Notes under the pieces: generated by a model
Database searches by the model: none
The model's input: only the letters and a program-made list of their open reading frames with translations
Told to the model about the DNA's origin: nothing
Shown: positions 9,411 through 20,385 of the stretch, piece by piece
Layout: each line of letters begins with the position of its first letter
Numbering within the stretch: the stretch's first letter is position 1
Position numbers and translations under genes: made by a program
NCBI GenBank assembly: GCA_963676915.2
Contig: CAXXVK010000013.1
Span: 46,584 to 110,583, forward strand
DNA: 64,000 nucleotides
DNA from: Myxococcota bacterium
Lineage (GTDB): Bacteria > Myxococcota_A > SURF-8 > G963663525
Direction: 5' to 3'

Positions 9411-10553
9411 TCAGCTAAACCACTCCAGAACGCGATCCAAAAAGCCCTTTTCTTCTTTTGTCTGGATTTTTCTTTTGCAACAGATCTCGTCGAATTTCTT
9501 CAACAAATCCTTCATTTCGGCATTGACTTTTTTCGGCACCAGGATGTGCACGCGGACGTGCTGGTCGCCTCGGCCATAGCGTCCCAGGCGAGGCATTCCT
9601 TTGCCTTTCAGCCGGAAAAGTTGGCCCGAAGCCGTGCCCTTGGGAATGTCCAGCTCGGCTTCGCCATCCAATGTCGGAACCGTCACCTTGCCACCCAACA
9701 CGGCCTGGGTGAATGTAATCGTAGTATCCACAACGATATCTTCGTTTACGCGACGGAAGGTATCGTGCGGTTTGAGATTGACAACCACGTACAGGTCACC
9801 TGCCGGTCCACCTCCGCTGCCGGATTCGCCTTCGCCACGCAGTTTCAGGCGTTGCCCGTGGTCGATGCCTGCCGGAACGTTGACGGTCAAATTGCGCTTG
9901 TGCGACTGGTACCCGGTGCCGTGGCAGTCCGAACATTTGTCACGAACGACACTTCCGCGCCCCTGGCAGGTGGGACAGGTCTGGGACATCGCCAGAATAC
10001 CGTGCTGAATCCTGACGTGGCCCGATCCGTGGCACATGGAACAGGTTTCGGGGCTGGTTCCCGGCTTCGCACCGGAACCGTCGCAGGTCTGGCAGGTTTC
10101 GCGCCGAGGCACCTCGATTTCTCGTTCTACACCTTTGGCGGCTTCTTCCAGGGTCAATTCCATGTCGTAGCGCAGATCATCTCCGCGCCGTCCTCGGGAA
10201 CGTCGCCCGAAACCTCCGAAGGCATCGCCGAAGAAATCTCCGAAAAGGTCGCCCAGAATATCGCCCAGTCCTCCACCGGCGGCGAAATTGTCGAAATCGA
10301 ACCCACCGAAACCGGGTTGGCCGTTGGCGGCGTGACCATAGCGGTCGTACATCTGGCGTTTTTGAGCGTTGGAAAGCACTTCGTATGCTTCGGCGGCTTC
10401 CTTGAATTTCTCGGCAGCCTGGGGATTGTCCTTGTTGCGATCCGGATGGTATTGAATCGCCAGTTTACGAAAGGCTTTTTTGATTTCGGTTGCGTCCGCC
10501 TCCCGGCCAACGCCGAGAACCTCGTAGTAATCTCTTTTCTGTTCCGCTGCCAC
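9411..10553 (-). CDS. dnaJ: Molecular chaperone DnaJ
   Basis: [13 protein letters not shown] region, four CxxCxGxG repeats, C-terminal domain; GTG 10553 likely start. Confidence 0.97.
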   Translation of the reverse strand: MAAEQKRDYYEVLGVGREADATEIKKAFRKLAIQYHPDRNKDNPQAAEKFKEAAEAYEVLSNAQKRQMYDRYGHAANGQPGFGGFDFDNFAAGGGLGDILGDLFGDFFGDAFGGFGRRSRGRRGDDLRYDMELTLEEAAKGVEREIEVPRRETCQTCDGSGAKPGTSPETCSMCHGSGHVRIQHGILAMSQTCPTCQGRGSVVRDKCSDCHGTGYQSHKRNLTVNVPAGIDHGQRLKLRGEGESGSGGGPAGDLYVVVNLKPHDTFRRVNEDIVVDTTITFTQAVLGGKVTVPTLDGEAELDIPKGTASGQLFRLKGKGMPRLGRYGRGDQHVRVHILVPKKVNAEMKDLLKKFDEICCKRKIQTKEEKGFLDRVLEWFS

Positions 10554-10682
10554 CTGATCAACCCTGCCTTCCTGAACGAATGGAGTGCCTAACACACACC
10601 AAGACGACTCCTCCCCAAAAGATGCTCTATATCAATAAGTCCGTCCGCTGGAGAAGCAAGAAAAAAACGTAGGTATCCATCC

Positions 10683-10884
10683 GGGTGCATCACAAAACGT
10701 AGGGAATTGGCCCAACAATATTGAATCATTCATTCATTGGGTTGTAGCGGCGAGGCGTAAGCCCGCCGAAAAGGGAGATTGGGGGCATAAAAGCAACTTT
10801 CAAAAGGCAAAAACGGCGGGCTTACGCCTCGCCGCTACGAAAAAAGAGGATTTTACGAAAGTCGCACTATTTTGTGATGCACCC
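10683..10884. mobile_element. 202-bp MITE with 15-bp TIRs, 9-bp target duplication and internal REP-like doublet
   Basis: TIR GGGTGCATCACAAAA at 10683-10697 and 10870-10884; direct repeat TATCCATCC at 10674-10682 and 10885-10893. Confidence 0.85.
10744..10838. repeat. Inverted pair of GTAG-type REP-like palindromes
   Basis: GTAGCGGCGAGGCGTAAGCCCGCCG (10744-10768) and its exact reverse complement (10814-10838). Confidence 0.8.
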
Positions 10885-11018
10885 TATCCATCCCGAAGAG
10901 AGTGAATTCTTTTGTGGGAAATTTACGAAATGGAGAGAATTCCTGACCCGGCATGAAAGGGTATCGGACTGAAAACCAGCCTGACCGGGTTTTCTTTATC
11001 CGTGAATCCGATGAATTA

Positions 11019-11315
11019 TCAATTCAATGGGGATAGAGAAACGACTTTGTCTGGTCCACCCAAAAAGTCCGGGACGCGGATCGTTGCCCCATCGTTAGTT
11101 TCGGTAAAGGACATCACCGTTCGTGCAAAGGCTTCGATATCCGCCCGATAACCGCACTTTCTGCAACGCACGAAGGTTTCGCCCTCGGAAGTTTCCAGCG
11201 TATACAGCGCGTAACTTTTGCAATCGGGACATTTGTACTCTTTGATGTACGGCTTGAGGCTTTCCGTCCACGGGAAAATTTTCTTTTGGGCAGGTCGCTT
11301 CGGACGTTGAGGCAT
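11019..11315 (-). CDS. Small zinc-ribbon protein
   Basis: GGAG RBS; CPDC...CRKC. Confidence 0.75.
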   Translation of the reverse strand: MPQRPKRPAQKKIFPWTESLKPYIKEYKCPDCKSYALYTLETSEGETFVRCRKCGYRADIEAFARTVMSFTETNDGATIRVPDFLGGPDKVVSLSPLN

Positions 11316-11408
11316 GGTTTCTCCATAGTCGTGACGAAAACTTGAACCTCGTTATACTCTTTTTCTTTTGGGAATCAAAACATTTAAAAAGAAGGAGAAG
11401 AAACTTGC

Positions 11409-12197
11409 TCAGTAGCCTGCAAGTTCTTTGGGCACGATCAATTTCCAATCTCTCACGAGGGTGCCGCCCCGTTGTCCGGGAATCAGATACCGGGGTTGAG
11501 CGGGAAGGCGGTTGCGGAAAGAACGGAATTCGTCGGATCGACGATCGAACAAGCGTTTTCTGGAGTTGAGATACCAGCCGACCTTGGCGGTCGTTGTCGG
11601 ATTGTCCAACGAGTCGAGATATTCGATCGTTTTATCCAAGTCGATTGTAGGAAGACGATCCAACAGCGGAGAAACGCGCTTCCAACCTCCACAAAGTCTC
11701 AGGCGGTCGAAGACATCGACCAGCGAACGTTCCATATTGGTGACGCAGACATCGAATCCCATCCAGTCCGTAATCTGGGTAAAGGAGGTTTGCTTGTCCT
11801 TTTTCAACAACGAGGCAGGAACTCGACAAGGAGTAAGCTGGATATCTTCGAAATTCGCCGGGCGGATTTTTTCTTCGGAAAGGAAAAACACTTTGTTCCA
11901 ACTGGGGATGGGCGTTCCGGTGTGGTATTCGAGCGCCGTTAGATACGCGATAATGGCATCCGAAGACATTCGGGAAGCCGCCAGCCCGAGATCGACGAAG
12001 CAGGAATCCGGGCTTTCACCTGGAGGAACGGAATAATACAACTCACGGCGAATGCGTCCGATGCGTCCTTTGATGCGCAGACGTCTTAAGTACGCGTCGA
12101 TGGCGTCCCGGCTACGGGGTTTTTCTTCTCGCAGTACCGCTGAAAATTCAGCAAGCGAGAATATCCGGTGTCTTTGCAAAAAGTCCTGGATCATCAT
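11409..12197 (-). CDS. AbiEi-like type IV TA antitoxin / transcriptional regulator
   Basis: N-terminal wHTH (IFSLAEF...GRIGRIRRELY), AYLTALEYH, VTNMERSLVDVFDRLRLCGG, C-terminal WKLIVP. Confidence 0.85.
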   Translation of the reverse strand: MMIQDFLQRHRIFSLAEFSAVLREEKPRSRDAIDAYLRRLRIKGRIGRIRRELYYSVPPGESPDSCFVDLGLAASRMSSDAIIAYLTALEYHTGTPIPSWNKVFFLSEEKIRPANFEDIQLTPCRVPASLLKKDKQTSFTQITDWMGFDVCVTNMERSLVDVFDRLRLCGGWKRVSPLLDRLPTIDLDKTIEYLDSLDNPTTTAKVGWYLNSRKRLFDRRSDEFRSFRNRLPAQPRYLIPGQRGGTLVRDWKLIVPKELAGY

Positions 12198-12337
12198 GGC
12201 TTTGACGCAATGTTTGAATATGCAATATTTATATAGTAAAGGATTTGGCGAGAGTGTCAATAGGGAAAGACGGAATATGAAAAAAAGCCCAAAATCGTGC
12301 CGAAACTATGCGTTTTGTTGGGTTTGAGAAGGTCTAA

Positions 12338-12513
12338 CCCGGAAAATTCATGAAAAACCTGCTGCGACTTGAAAATCCTCGATCTTTCACTCGTTTCCCG
12401 ATTTTTTATACTCAACATACTGTCAAGTATGCTTCCGTTAAAAAATCGTTCCAACTTTGCGAAATATCATCGGTTTTCAGCGTCTCGCGACGATTTCTCA
12501 TGAATGTTCCGGG
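12338..12513. mobile_element. MITE family B, copy 1
   Basis: TIR CCCGGAAAATTCATGA / TCATGAATGTTCCGGG, CTAA on both sides; near-identical to the reverse complement of 62691-62866. Confidence 0.9.
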
Positions 12514-12569
12514 CTAAATCGATATCAACTCTTTGGCTATCTTTTTCGTAAACCCCGGTTCTTTTTCTG

Positions 12570-13589
12570 TCATTGACAAAATCCAACCATTCCATAAGCA
12601 TAGGGCAGAACCGAACAATTAGAACCGGGGCAACATTGAGGCAAACCCCATCCACAGGCCGGTGGATTTTCACAATGACCGCAATAAACGCACATTGGAG
12701 CGGTTTCAGCCGTGCAGCAATGGTCGATAGGGCAGGGAGGACAGTCAAATATCGGTAGGCAACCCATATCAGGATCGCATCTCTCTCCGGGGGGACAACC
12801 GTCTCCACAGGGGTTGCATGATGGTTTGCAACGGCCATCCGTACAGCATTCGTAATTGGATGAACAATCGGAGTCTTCCTCGCAGATATCTATGCAACAA
12901 AATTGATCGAACCCTGGGCTTGAATCACAAACCTGGTGGATTGGACAATCCGCATCCACATAACAACTCGTACACTCTGTATCACAGAGACATTGGCCGT
13001 AGGTAGTGGAGGCTCCATCTACGTCACAGGTGCAGCCCGTTGGGCAATAGTTCCCAATATTAAAGCAAAATTCGGTACAAACGCCTCCTTCCGCATCCGG
13101 TTGTTTATCGCAGAACTCTTGTATATTGCAGTCCACGTCGTTTTTGCAAAAACCATCGATAAGCTCACAAGTGCCTGAATCTTCACAGGAAAAACCAAGC
13201 GGGCATTCCTCGCCCGGTAGGTCGCAGAAGTTGCGGCAGACGCCTTCCGAATCGCTGGGATTGTCCCGGTGGCAGTATTCTAAACCTTCCAGGCAATCGT
13301 CGTCTTGGGTGCAGAATTGAGAAACCGGTACTTCTTCCTCCGTTTCGGTCTCAGAGATATCCTCGTTTTCGATGTCCTCTAAAACGTCGATCTCGTTGCT
13401 TTCACCAGCATTGGTATCGCTGGAATCTACTGTGTCGTCATCGGCATCCGGGGAAGAATCATGTGCTTCACTCGCCTCATTCCAATCACTGTCCGTTTCG
13501 TAGAAGATATCAGTTTCGATACTGCAACCGAAAAGGACTAATGTACCGAAAGAAAAAAGCAATGTCAGGATGTGGCGTTTAAGGTTCAT
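12570..13589 (-). CDS. Cysteine-rich repeat lipoprotein
   Basis: Lipobox LFGC, acidic linker, repeated CxxDxDC...C modules; GAGGA RBS before MNLKRH. Confidence 0.85.
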   Translation of the reverse strand: MNLKRHILTLLFSFGTLVLFGCSIETDIFYETDSDWNEASEAHDSSPDADDDTVDSSDTNAGESNEIDVLEDIENEDISETETEEEVPVSQFCTQDDDCLEGLEYCHRDNPSDSEGVCRNFCDLPGEECPLGFSCEDSGTCELIDGFCKNDVDCNIQEFCDKQPDAEGGVCTEFCFNIGNYCPTGCTCDVDGASTTYGQCLCDTECTSCYVDADCPIHQVCDSSPGFDQFCCIDICEEDSDCSSNYECCTDGRCKPSCNPCGDGCPPGERCDPDMGCLPIFDCPPCPIDHCCTAETAPMCVYCGHCENPPACGWGLPQCCPGSNCSVLPYAYGMVGFCQ

Positions 13590-13783
13590 GGCATCATCCT
13601 CTGGTTGTGCATCATGGGATATTCGATTATTCATAAGACGATATGGTGATGTCTTTTTATTCCTTCATTTTCACTCGTTCGAGTTCAACCGATTTCCAAA
13701 CAACGTTTGAAAAAGGAAGACATCGTTTGACCGTTCCCACCGAAATCTCTTGCTTCTCCTCCATGGTAGGTTAAGATGGTCTC

Positions 13784-14632
13784 ATGATCAAGACGAAAGA
13801 AAAGGGGCAACACCTCCGAATCGTTGTCGGTATCGTCATATTTCTTGCTTTGGGACTGCTTTTCCCGCTGGCGTCTTCGTATGCCGGATGGTTGACGCCT
13901 GTCAACGGTCCCTATCGTCCGCAGGTTCTGGAACAGGTGAAAAACCAGCTAATGGCTGCTCCAGCTCGTTGCACGAAACCGCCGGTCGTGATTTTCGATC
14001 TCGATCACACTCTTTTCGATTCCAGACCAAGAATCTGGCGTATTTTGCAAGAATTCGCTTTGACGCTCCCCGAGTCGAAAAAAGACCAGCGTCAAATCAT
14101 TCAGGCTTCCAAAATGTCGGATATTTCCTATCTGGTCATCGAAACGTTGCAACGGATTGGGATAAAGGATCCACAAACGATCGAAGACGGATTGAAATTC
14201 TGGATCAAGCATTTCGCCCACGAAGGGCGATGCAGCCAGGACGGTATCATTCCCGGAGGACCGGAGTACGTCAATAGGCTGCATAAGGCCGGTGCATTCA
14301 TCGTGTACCTGACCGCCAGGGCAAAAGATTGGGAACTCGTTTGCACGGTAGACAGCTTGAAGAAAAACGGCTATCCGATCGGCGTGGCCAATACACAGCT
14401 CATCATGAAACCCGATCCCGAGCAGCGAGCCGTCGAATATAAAACCGAAGTTTTTAAAGATATCGACAGTATGGGCTGCGTTGTCGCCTGTTTCGAGAAC
14501 GAACCGAAAAACATCAATGCCATGGCGCAACAATGGCCGGAAGCCGTTCATGTTTTTCTGGATACCGATTTCGACCCGCGCCATCCCGTCAAACTATTGG
14601 ACTCCATCCAACGGATTGCATCCTACGAGTAA
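13784..14632 (+). CDS. Exported HAD-superfamily phosphatase
   Basis: Signal/TM segment; IFDLDHTL, YLTAR, K, FENEPKN motifs. Confidence 0.85.
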   Translation: MIKTKEKGQHLRIVVGIVIFLALGLLFPLASSYAGWLTPVNGPYRPQVLEQVKNQLMAAPARCTKPPVVIFDLDHTLFDSRPRIWRILQEFALTLPESKKDQRQIIQASKMSDISYLVIETLQRIGIKDPQTIEDGLKFWIKHFAHEGRCSQDGIIPGGPEYVNRLHKAGAFIVYLTARAKDWELVCTVDSLKKNGYPIGVANTQLIMKPDPEQRAVEYKTEVFKDIDSMGCVVACFENEPKNINAMAQQWPEAVHVFLDTDFDPRHPVKLLDSIQRIASYE

Positions 14633-14649
14633 CATCCCGAAAATGTTGA

Positions 14650-15219
14650 CTATTTCTTTTTAAGGATTGCTCGCCAACCGGTTGCGTGGGGAACATGACG
14701 ACGTGCGCTTTTCCACTCGTGCACCCGTTCGACCGAGTAGAAAAGATCGGGGTCCAAGGTCATCGCCCAAGAAACGAGCTTGCGGATTTTCTTTCGTTCG
14801 CAGATCGCAAACAGCATGGTGGTCGGTCCGCCAAAGCCTTCTCCCGAAAACGTCGTAAGCACCTGGCCTTTTTCCCGCAATTTCTTGGCGATTTGGTTGC
14901 CGTGTTGCTGGGAGATGATCCGAAGCACCGATTTTCCCAGCGCCAGTTTCTTTTCAAGCCAGACACCTGCGGCATTACCCGTCGCATAACCACCGGCATA
15001 GGCAAGAACTAGCACCAGGCTTTCGTTGATTCGTGTAATCACTTGCGCGACAGCTACCACCCAGACGAGCACTTCGACAAATCCCATGCTCACGGCCATG
15101 ACCGTTAATCCCTCGACGATGGCAAGTGTTCGAACCGTACCCAAGGAAACATCCACGATTCGGAGTGAAAAAATAACGAGAGCCAAACCCCAGATAGGCA
15201 GTTCATTAATGAATTCCAT
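14650..15219 (-). CDS. UPF0316 / DUF2179 family membrane protein
   Basis: RIVDVSLGTVR, GFVEVLVW, YAGGYATGN; GGAGG RBS favours start 15219. Confidence 0.88.
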   Translation of the reverse strand: MEFINELPIWGLALVIFSLRIVDVSLGTVRTLAIVEGLTVMAVSMGFVEVLVWVVAVAQVITRINESLVLVLAYAGGYATGNAAGVWLEKKLALGKSVLRIISQQHGNQIAKKLREKGQVLTTFSGEGFGGPTTMLFAICERKKIRKLVSWAMTLDPDLFYSVERVHEWKSARRHVPHATGWRAILKKK

Positions 15220-15744
15220 AAGATCCTCCATTTTTCTTCGACGTGAACCGTTCTCAAAAAAAATAAAAAAGAGAACGACAACCCAAAGGGGCCATGCCCA
15301 TGCCATTCGAGCGGGAGCAAGTCAAGGATTGTTTTCTTTTTTTTTAAAATTCTGCATTTGACCCTTTTGCCGATCAGATGAGCCTCTTGCCTGAATCCCG
15401 AAGATAAATCTTCAAGGTACGGACCGGAAGGTCCGGGAGACTGTGCAAACTATTGAAAACACAGCCTTCCACGCTTCGCGCGTAAGACTATGGCACACAT
15501 GGGTTTTATAAAAACCATCAAGATCCTGATTTATGCAAAAGCCACGGATGTTCTTCGTTGTTCAGCTTACAACAATGATTGCATCAGGGGCGCTTTGAAT
15601 AATTCGAGAAAATGAATGCATAAAATGCAAATTTCATTCAAAATATGAAAAAATGAAGAAATTTAGGAATTCTCCTTGACTATTTGCTCACAATCCTTTT
15701 GTGTAGCAACCCTCTTTTAGCCCGTGAATACGGAGAAAAACATT

Positions 15745-17817
15745 ATGGGGATCAAAAAGGCGAGAAATATCGGGATCGTCGCGCACATCGACGCCGGAAA
15801 AACCACGGTGACGGAGCGAATCCTGTTTTATACCGGTGTGAATCGTACTATCGGTGAAGTTCACGACGGCAAAGCCACTATGGATTTCATGAAGCAGGAG
15901 CAGGAGCGAGGCATTACCATCGCTTCGGCGGCAATTACCTGCGAATGGAACGGACATAAAGTCAACATCATCGACACTCCCGGCCACGTGGACTTCACGA
16001 TTGAAGTCGAGCGTTCCATGCGCGTGCTGGACGGTATTGTATCCGTTTTTTGCGCGGTGGGTGGTGTAGAGGCGCAGAGTGAAACCGTTTGGGGACAGGC
16101 CGACCGCTACCAGGTGCCGCGTATCGCCTTCGTGAACAAAATGGACCGAGCCGGCGCGGATTTTCACGATGTCGTGAGTCAACTCAACGATCGTCTCAAC
16201 GCTGGCGCGACTCCCTACCAGTTGCCCATCGGTGCAGGGGATGATTTTCGCGGCGTGATCGACCTGATCGACATGGAAGCCATTCAATTCGGCGACAATT
16301 CCATGCAACGGACGCCGATTCCTGATGAACTTCGGGAAGAGGCCGAAACGTGGCGCAACAACATGCTCGAACAGCTATCCGAATACGACGATGAAATCGC
16401 GGAATTGTACCTGGACGAAAAACCTGTACCCAAAGAGTTGATTCACTCGGTAACGCGCTTTTGCGTGCTTCGTTCGCTGTTTACGCCTGTGTTCTGCGGC
16501 GCGGCCTATAAAAACATCGGTATTCAACTGCTTCTGAATGCCGTATGCGATTTCCTGCCCAGTCCGCTCAACGGTGGGGCGATTGTCGGAGAGGATGTGG
16601 ACGATCCTTCGGTTACGATCACCCGGCACCCGAAACCTTCCGAACCGTTTTCGGCGTTGGTTTTCAAGATCATTCACGATCCCTTCGTGGGTCAGCAGAC
16701 CTTCGTTCGTACCTATTCCGGTATTTTGAAAACCGGTGACACCTTGCTCAATGCAACTACAGGAAAGAAAGTTCGTGTTGCGCGAATCTTCCGTATTCAC
16801 GCCAAAGACCGTAAGGAAATCAAAGAAGTGGGACCGGGCGACATCGTTGCGCTGATCGGCCTGAAAACCACCCACACGGGACATACGATCTGCGACAAAG
16901 ATGCACCGCTCGTTTTGGAATCGGTACGGGTACCCGAGCCGGTGATTAGTGTCAAAGTCAGCACTGCAACGCAGAAGGAAAAAGACAAGTTGTTGGATTC
17001 ACTGCGCAAAATGGCGCTTGAAGACCCGTCTTTTTCCGTGCGTCAGATGGAACGCGCCAACGAAACGGTGATTGCCGGTATGGGTGAGTTGCATCTCGAC
17101 GTTATCGTGGATCGTCTGAAAACGGAGTTCAATGTGTTCGCAGAGGTGGGGCAGCCGTCCGTTGAATATCGCGAGACGATCACAAAACCCTGCCAGCACG
17201 AAACGAAATTCGCCAAGCAAACCGGTGGTCGTGGTCAATACGCGCACACGATCCTGCAGTTGGAACCCAATCCGGGTGGCGGATTCGAGTTCGTAAATGC
17301 CGTGGTTGGCGGCAATATTCCCTCGGAATACATTCCTTCCGTCAAAAAAGGCATACTGGAGACGATGGACCGAGGCGTCCTGGCCGATTATCAGACCGTC
17401 GATGTGAAAGTTACACTGTTGGACGGAAGTTTCCACGCAGTGGATAGTTCGGAAATGGCGTTCAAAACCTGTGGCGCGGTTTGCTTTAAAGAGGCGTTCA
17501 AGAAAGCAGATCCGCAATTGCTCGAGCCGCTGATGTCCCTCGAAATCGCCACTCCCGACGACTTTATCGGTGATGTCGTGGGTGACCTCAACCGACGACG
17601 CGGTAAAGTGCAGAACATGCGCCGTTTCCGTAAGGGAAGCCAGAAAATCACGGCTGAAGCTCCCCTAATGGAACTGTTCGGATACGCTACGATGATTCGT
17701 TCGCTATCCTCGGGTCGGGCGAATTATTCGATGGAACTCAAGCAATACAGTCCCATGCCGAAAGCGGCTCAGGAAGTGGCTTTGAAGGAAGCTAAAGAAC
17801 GGCTTGCCAAAAAATAG
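15745..17817 (+). CDS. fusA: Elongation factor G (outside the str operon)
   Basis: [50 protein letters not shown]; GGAG RBS before ATG 15745. Confidence 0.97.
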   Translation: MGIKKARNIGIVAHIDAGKTTVTERILFYTGVNRTIGEVHDGKATMDFMKQEQERGITIASAAITCEWNGHKVNIIDTPGHVDFTIEVERSMRVLDGIVSVFCAVGGVEAQSETVWGQADRYQVPRIAFVNKMDRAGADFHDVVSQLNDRLNAGATPYQLPIGAGDDFRGVIDLIDMEAIQFGDNSMQRTPIPDELREEAETWRNNMLEQLSEYDDEIAELYLDEKPVPKELIHSVTRFCVLRSLFTPVFCGAAYKNIGIQLLLNAVCDFLPSPLNGGAIVGEDVDDPSVTITRHPKPSEPFSALVFKIIHDPFVGQQTFVRTYSGILKTGDTLLNATTGKKVRVARIFRIHAKDRKEIKEVGPGDIVALIGLKTTHTGHTICDKDAPLVLESVRVPEPVISVKVSTATQKEKDKLLDSLRKMALEDPSFSVRQMERANETVIAGMGELHLDVIVDRLKTEFNVFAEVGQPSVEYRETITKPCQHETKFAKQTGGRGQYAHTILQLEPNPGGGFEFVNAVVGGNIPSEYIPSVKKGILETMDRGVLADYQTVDVKVTLLDGSFHAVDSSEMAFKTCGAVCFKEAFKKADPQLLEPLMSLEIATPDDFIGDVVGDLNRRRGKVQNMRRFRKGSQKITAEAPLMELFGYATMIRSLSSGRANYSMELKQYSPMPKAAQEVALKEAKERLAKK

Positions 17818-17854
17818 GAAGCCTCTCGTACAAAATCTGAAAAGACATTTCAGT

Positions 17855-17895
17855 GTGCCACAGTTTTCCTCGCTTCGCGGGGAAGACTGTGGCAC
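17855..17895. terminator. Long hairpin between convergent genes
   Basis: GTGCCACAGTTTTCCTCG / CGGGGAAGACTGTGGCAC; no clear T-tail. Confidence 0.55.
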
Positions 17896-17931
17896 GCGTG
17901 ATTTACCCCCAAAATTAAGAAGTCGCTTGCA

Positions 17932-20244
17932 CTATTCCTGCTTGACGACTACCGCTTCTCCTTCGGTCGCTGTGATTTTCTCGCTTCCATCGAGAGATAA
18001 CGTGGTTCCTCTTGCCATCAGGAACAGCTTTGAGTCACCTTCCAACGTTACAAGTGATAACTCCGCGTCGGTCGCAATCTGTACACCGTTGGATAGATCC
18101 AAGGTGCCTGGTGCGTCGGTGTCACGTAACAACACGAGGTCTTTTCCTCCCGAATGCGTGATTTCCCAGGCGGCTACGCCTTTGCTTACCCCGTTGACCG
18201 TGATCTTCGTAACGGTTAACGGCGCTTCGGGGGAACCTGCTGTCGCCAAGGTTTTATAGGGTGCCGCCACGGCGAGAAAACCGGGGGCGATGGCCTCGAC
18301 TTTGCCGTCCATTACACCGTGATTGGCTTCATCTCCTTCGATTTCATGAACGTGCGGAGCTTCGAACTCGAAATAGTAGGGTTCTTTCAATGTCAGGTTT
18401 TCGTCGGTTGTCGCCAGAAACACCTCGACGCCAGCCTTATCACGTTCCCATTTTCCGGAAATGTCACCTAATTCCCATAGGTTACCCGTGCCATGTCCGG
18501 CATAGCCATGCAGCCGCCAGGTGTAATGTCGTGCTTCGGTGGCGGTTGTAATAACGCGATCGGCTACGATGGCGTATCGATTGCGTACCAGCATAACGCT
18601 ACGTTGGGTTTGCGATACTTCAAGATCTTGCCAGGCTTCAACGTAAGCTAGATTTTCGGAAAGGTATTCGTTTTTCAAAAAGGCGTCCGCGTCGCCGAAG
18701 TTGGTCAACATCCCTTTCGGCTCGACCGGTTCTTCCTCAATCGTCAGCAGGTTGTGGGAAGCCGCCTGAGCGGTAACGGCGTTGTTCATCATGTTGGGCT
18801 TGTAATAGCCGGTGTCGATCAGCAGGTATTCCCCATAAGCGGAGAACGTAAACGACCCGCCGTCCACATGGTCGTGGATCGCTTTTCTGGCCGATCCATG
18901 CTCGGCGGTGACCATCAGCCACATGTCATCCGTATCCCAACCGGAGCGGAACACGGATTGTCCGGCGGTTTCCATCACTCTATGGGTCCACTCGGGAGGC
19001 TGGGCATCCGGGAGTTCGGGAGCGTAGGCCAGATGCTGGATACGCAGGTCCATCCCACCGGACATATTCAAGTTATCGTTGTGCCAGTCCCACACCAGAT
19101 CTTCGCGATCCATGTATTTCGCCATAATCGCGCCGCCGTTGCCGTCCCTGATTCCGCTATCCTCCAACGGAGGGCGTCGACCGTCGGGCATTCGCAGCGT
19201 CAAAAACCAGTCTACGCTTTTCTGGAACGGCTCTCCGAACATCGGGTTGTCGAAAACGAAGGCTTCCCCGTCTACACAGCCGTGGTTGGTCCAGGGGTCC
19301 GCATCGTTGCGGTTGATGCAGTTTTTCGTGAAAATTCGGGAGGTTCCAATGCGATTGTGCCAGGCATGAAACAGCGCCAGCGAAGGAGCGAAAGCGAAAC
19401 GATAGTATAGAGAACCTTCGGAAACGCCACCGTCCTCCTGCACGTACTGACCGTTTGGACCCCAGAGGTAATCCAGTTCGGAAAATGCCCAGTCCGCCCA
19501 TTTACGCGCTTCTGGATGTTCGGGAAAGCCCAGTGCTACCGTGCCGATAGAGCAAGCCGTGCGAATAGGGTGGTTGTTCTGGGTGTAGAAAATGAACGAG
19601 CGGTTGAAGTCGTTTTCAATGTAATCGATGTAAAAAGCATCGATAATCGTGGTCAGTTTGTCTTCGGCTTCCTGCGCTTCATCTTCGGGAATCATCTCCG
19701 CTCCTACGAGCAGATCGAGAGCGAAGGTGTAGCACATGACAATCGAGGGCATACGAATGTTGATATCGCTGTCTTCGTGGCTGGCGTAGTTGTCGGAAAG
19801 TTGCTGGAAAAAATCCCGGGCTTTGGTCGCATAGGTTTCGTCGTCGAGTAGCCACGCCAAAAAAGCGGCAGCCAGAGCGGTTTCTCCGTTTTTCTGCTCG
19901 TCGCTGTCGAACATGTCCGGTTCAGATAAATCGCGGTGATCCCGTGTGGCAACATCTTTGATTTCTTGAAGAATCTGTGCAAACGGCTCTCGCTCGATTC
20001 GCTCCAGGATGACGGCTTTGTCTTCGGGACGTACGATCATCGTTGGTGCAATATCGGGACGAGGTGGCAGACCTTCGCCGATGCTTTCTTCCTCTTCGTT
20101 TTCCATGGCTTCGGTATCCGTGAGTTCCACATCCCCATCGCCGGGAACGATATCGGCGGGGGAGGCGTCGTCGTCGCAGCCGAGCGAAACGGCGAAAATC
20201 AGTAACAGACCGAAAATATGGAGGAAATGGAAAACGTGCCGCAT
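17932..20244 (-). CDS. Heparinase II/III-family (polysaccharide lyase-like) lipoprotein
   Basis: Lipobox SLGC; NNH, EGSLYY, FRSGW, HDHVDGGSF, LLIDTGY, SHNLLTI. Confidence 0.88.
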   Translation of the reverse strand: MRHVFHFLHIFGLLLIFAVSLGCDDDASPADIVPGDGDVELTDTEAMENEEEESIGEGLPPRPDIAPTMIVRPEDKAVILERIEREPFAQILQEIKDVATRDHRDLSEPDMFDSDEQKNGETALAAAFLAWLLDDETYATKARDFFQQLSDNYASHEDSDINIRMPSIVMCYTFALDLLVGAEMIPEDEAQEAEDKLTTIIDAFYIDYIENDFNRSFIFYTQNNHPIRTACSIGTVALGFPEHPEARKWADWAFSELDYLWGPNGQYVQEDGGVSEGSLYYRFAFAPSLALFHAWHNRIGTSRIFTKNCINRNDADPWTNHGCVDGEAFVFDNPMFGEPFQKSVDWFLTLRMPDGRRPPLEDSGIRDGNGGAIMAKYMDREDLVWDWHNDNLNMSGGMDLRIQHLAYAPELPDAQPPEWTHRVMETAGQSVFRSGWDTDDMWLMVTAEHGSARKAIHDHVDGGSFTFSAYGEYLLIDTGYYKPNMMNNAVTAQAASHNLLTIEEEPVEPKGMLTNFGDADAFLKNEYLSENLAYVEAWQDLEVSQTQRSVMLVRNRYAIVADRVITTATEARHYTWRLHGYAGHGTGNLWELGDISGKWERDKAGVEVFLATTDENLTLKEPYYFEFEAPHVHEIEGDEANHGVMDGKVEAIAPGFLAVAAPYKTLATAGSPEAPLTVTKITVNGVSKGVAAWEITHSGGKDLVLLRDTDAPGTLDLSNGVQIATDAELSLVTLEGDSKLFLMARGTTLSLDGSEKITATEGEAVVVKQE

Positions 20245-20385
20245 GGAAATTCCTTGGTTTCGAGAAACAATTCATGTCTTGCAAAAACCGGAGATACGAA
20301 GTGCCGGTTTATAGAAAAACATGCTGGAAAATCTTAAGGTACCAACTTACGGCGAACATCGAAATATTGCAAAAAAGAGTTCGGT

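Noticed and set aside
9351-10592. 413-aa plus-strand ORF
   Set aside because: Antisense shadow of dnaJ.
12257-12454. 65-aa ORF and a TTGACA hexamer inside MITE B
   Set aside because: The ORF starts within the repeat and has no transposase motif; TTGACA is only 10 bp from TATAAA, too close for a sigma70 promoter.
15361-15560. Possible c-di-GMP riboswitch upstream of fusA
   Set aside because: Only scattered GCAAA/GAAA words; the two-stem consensus could not be built.
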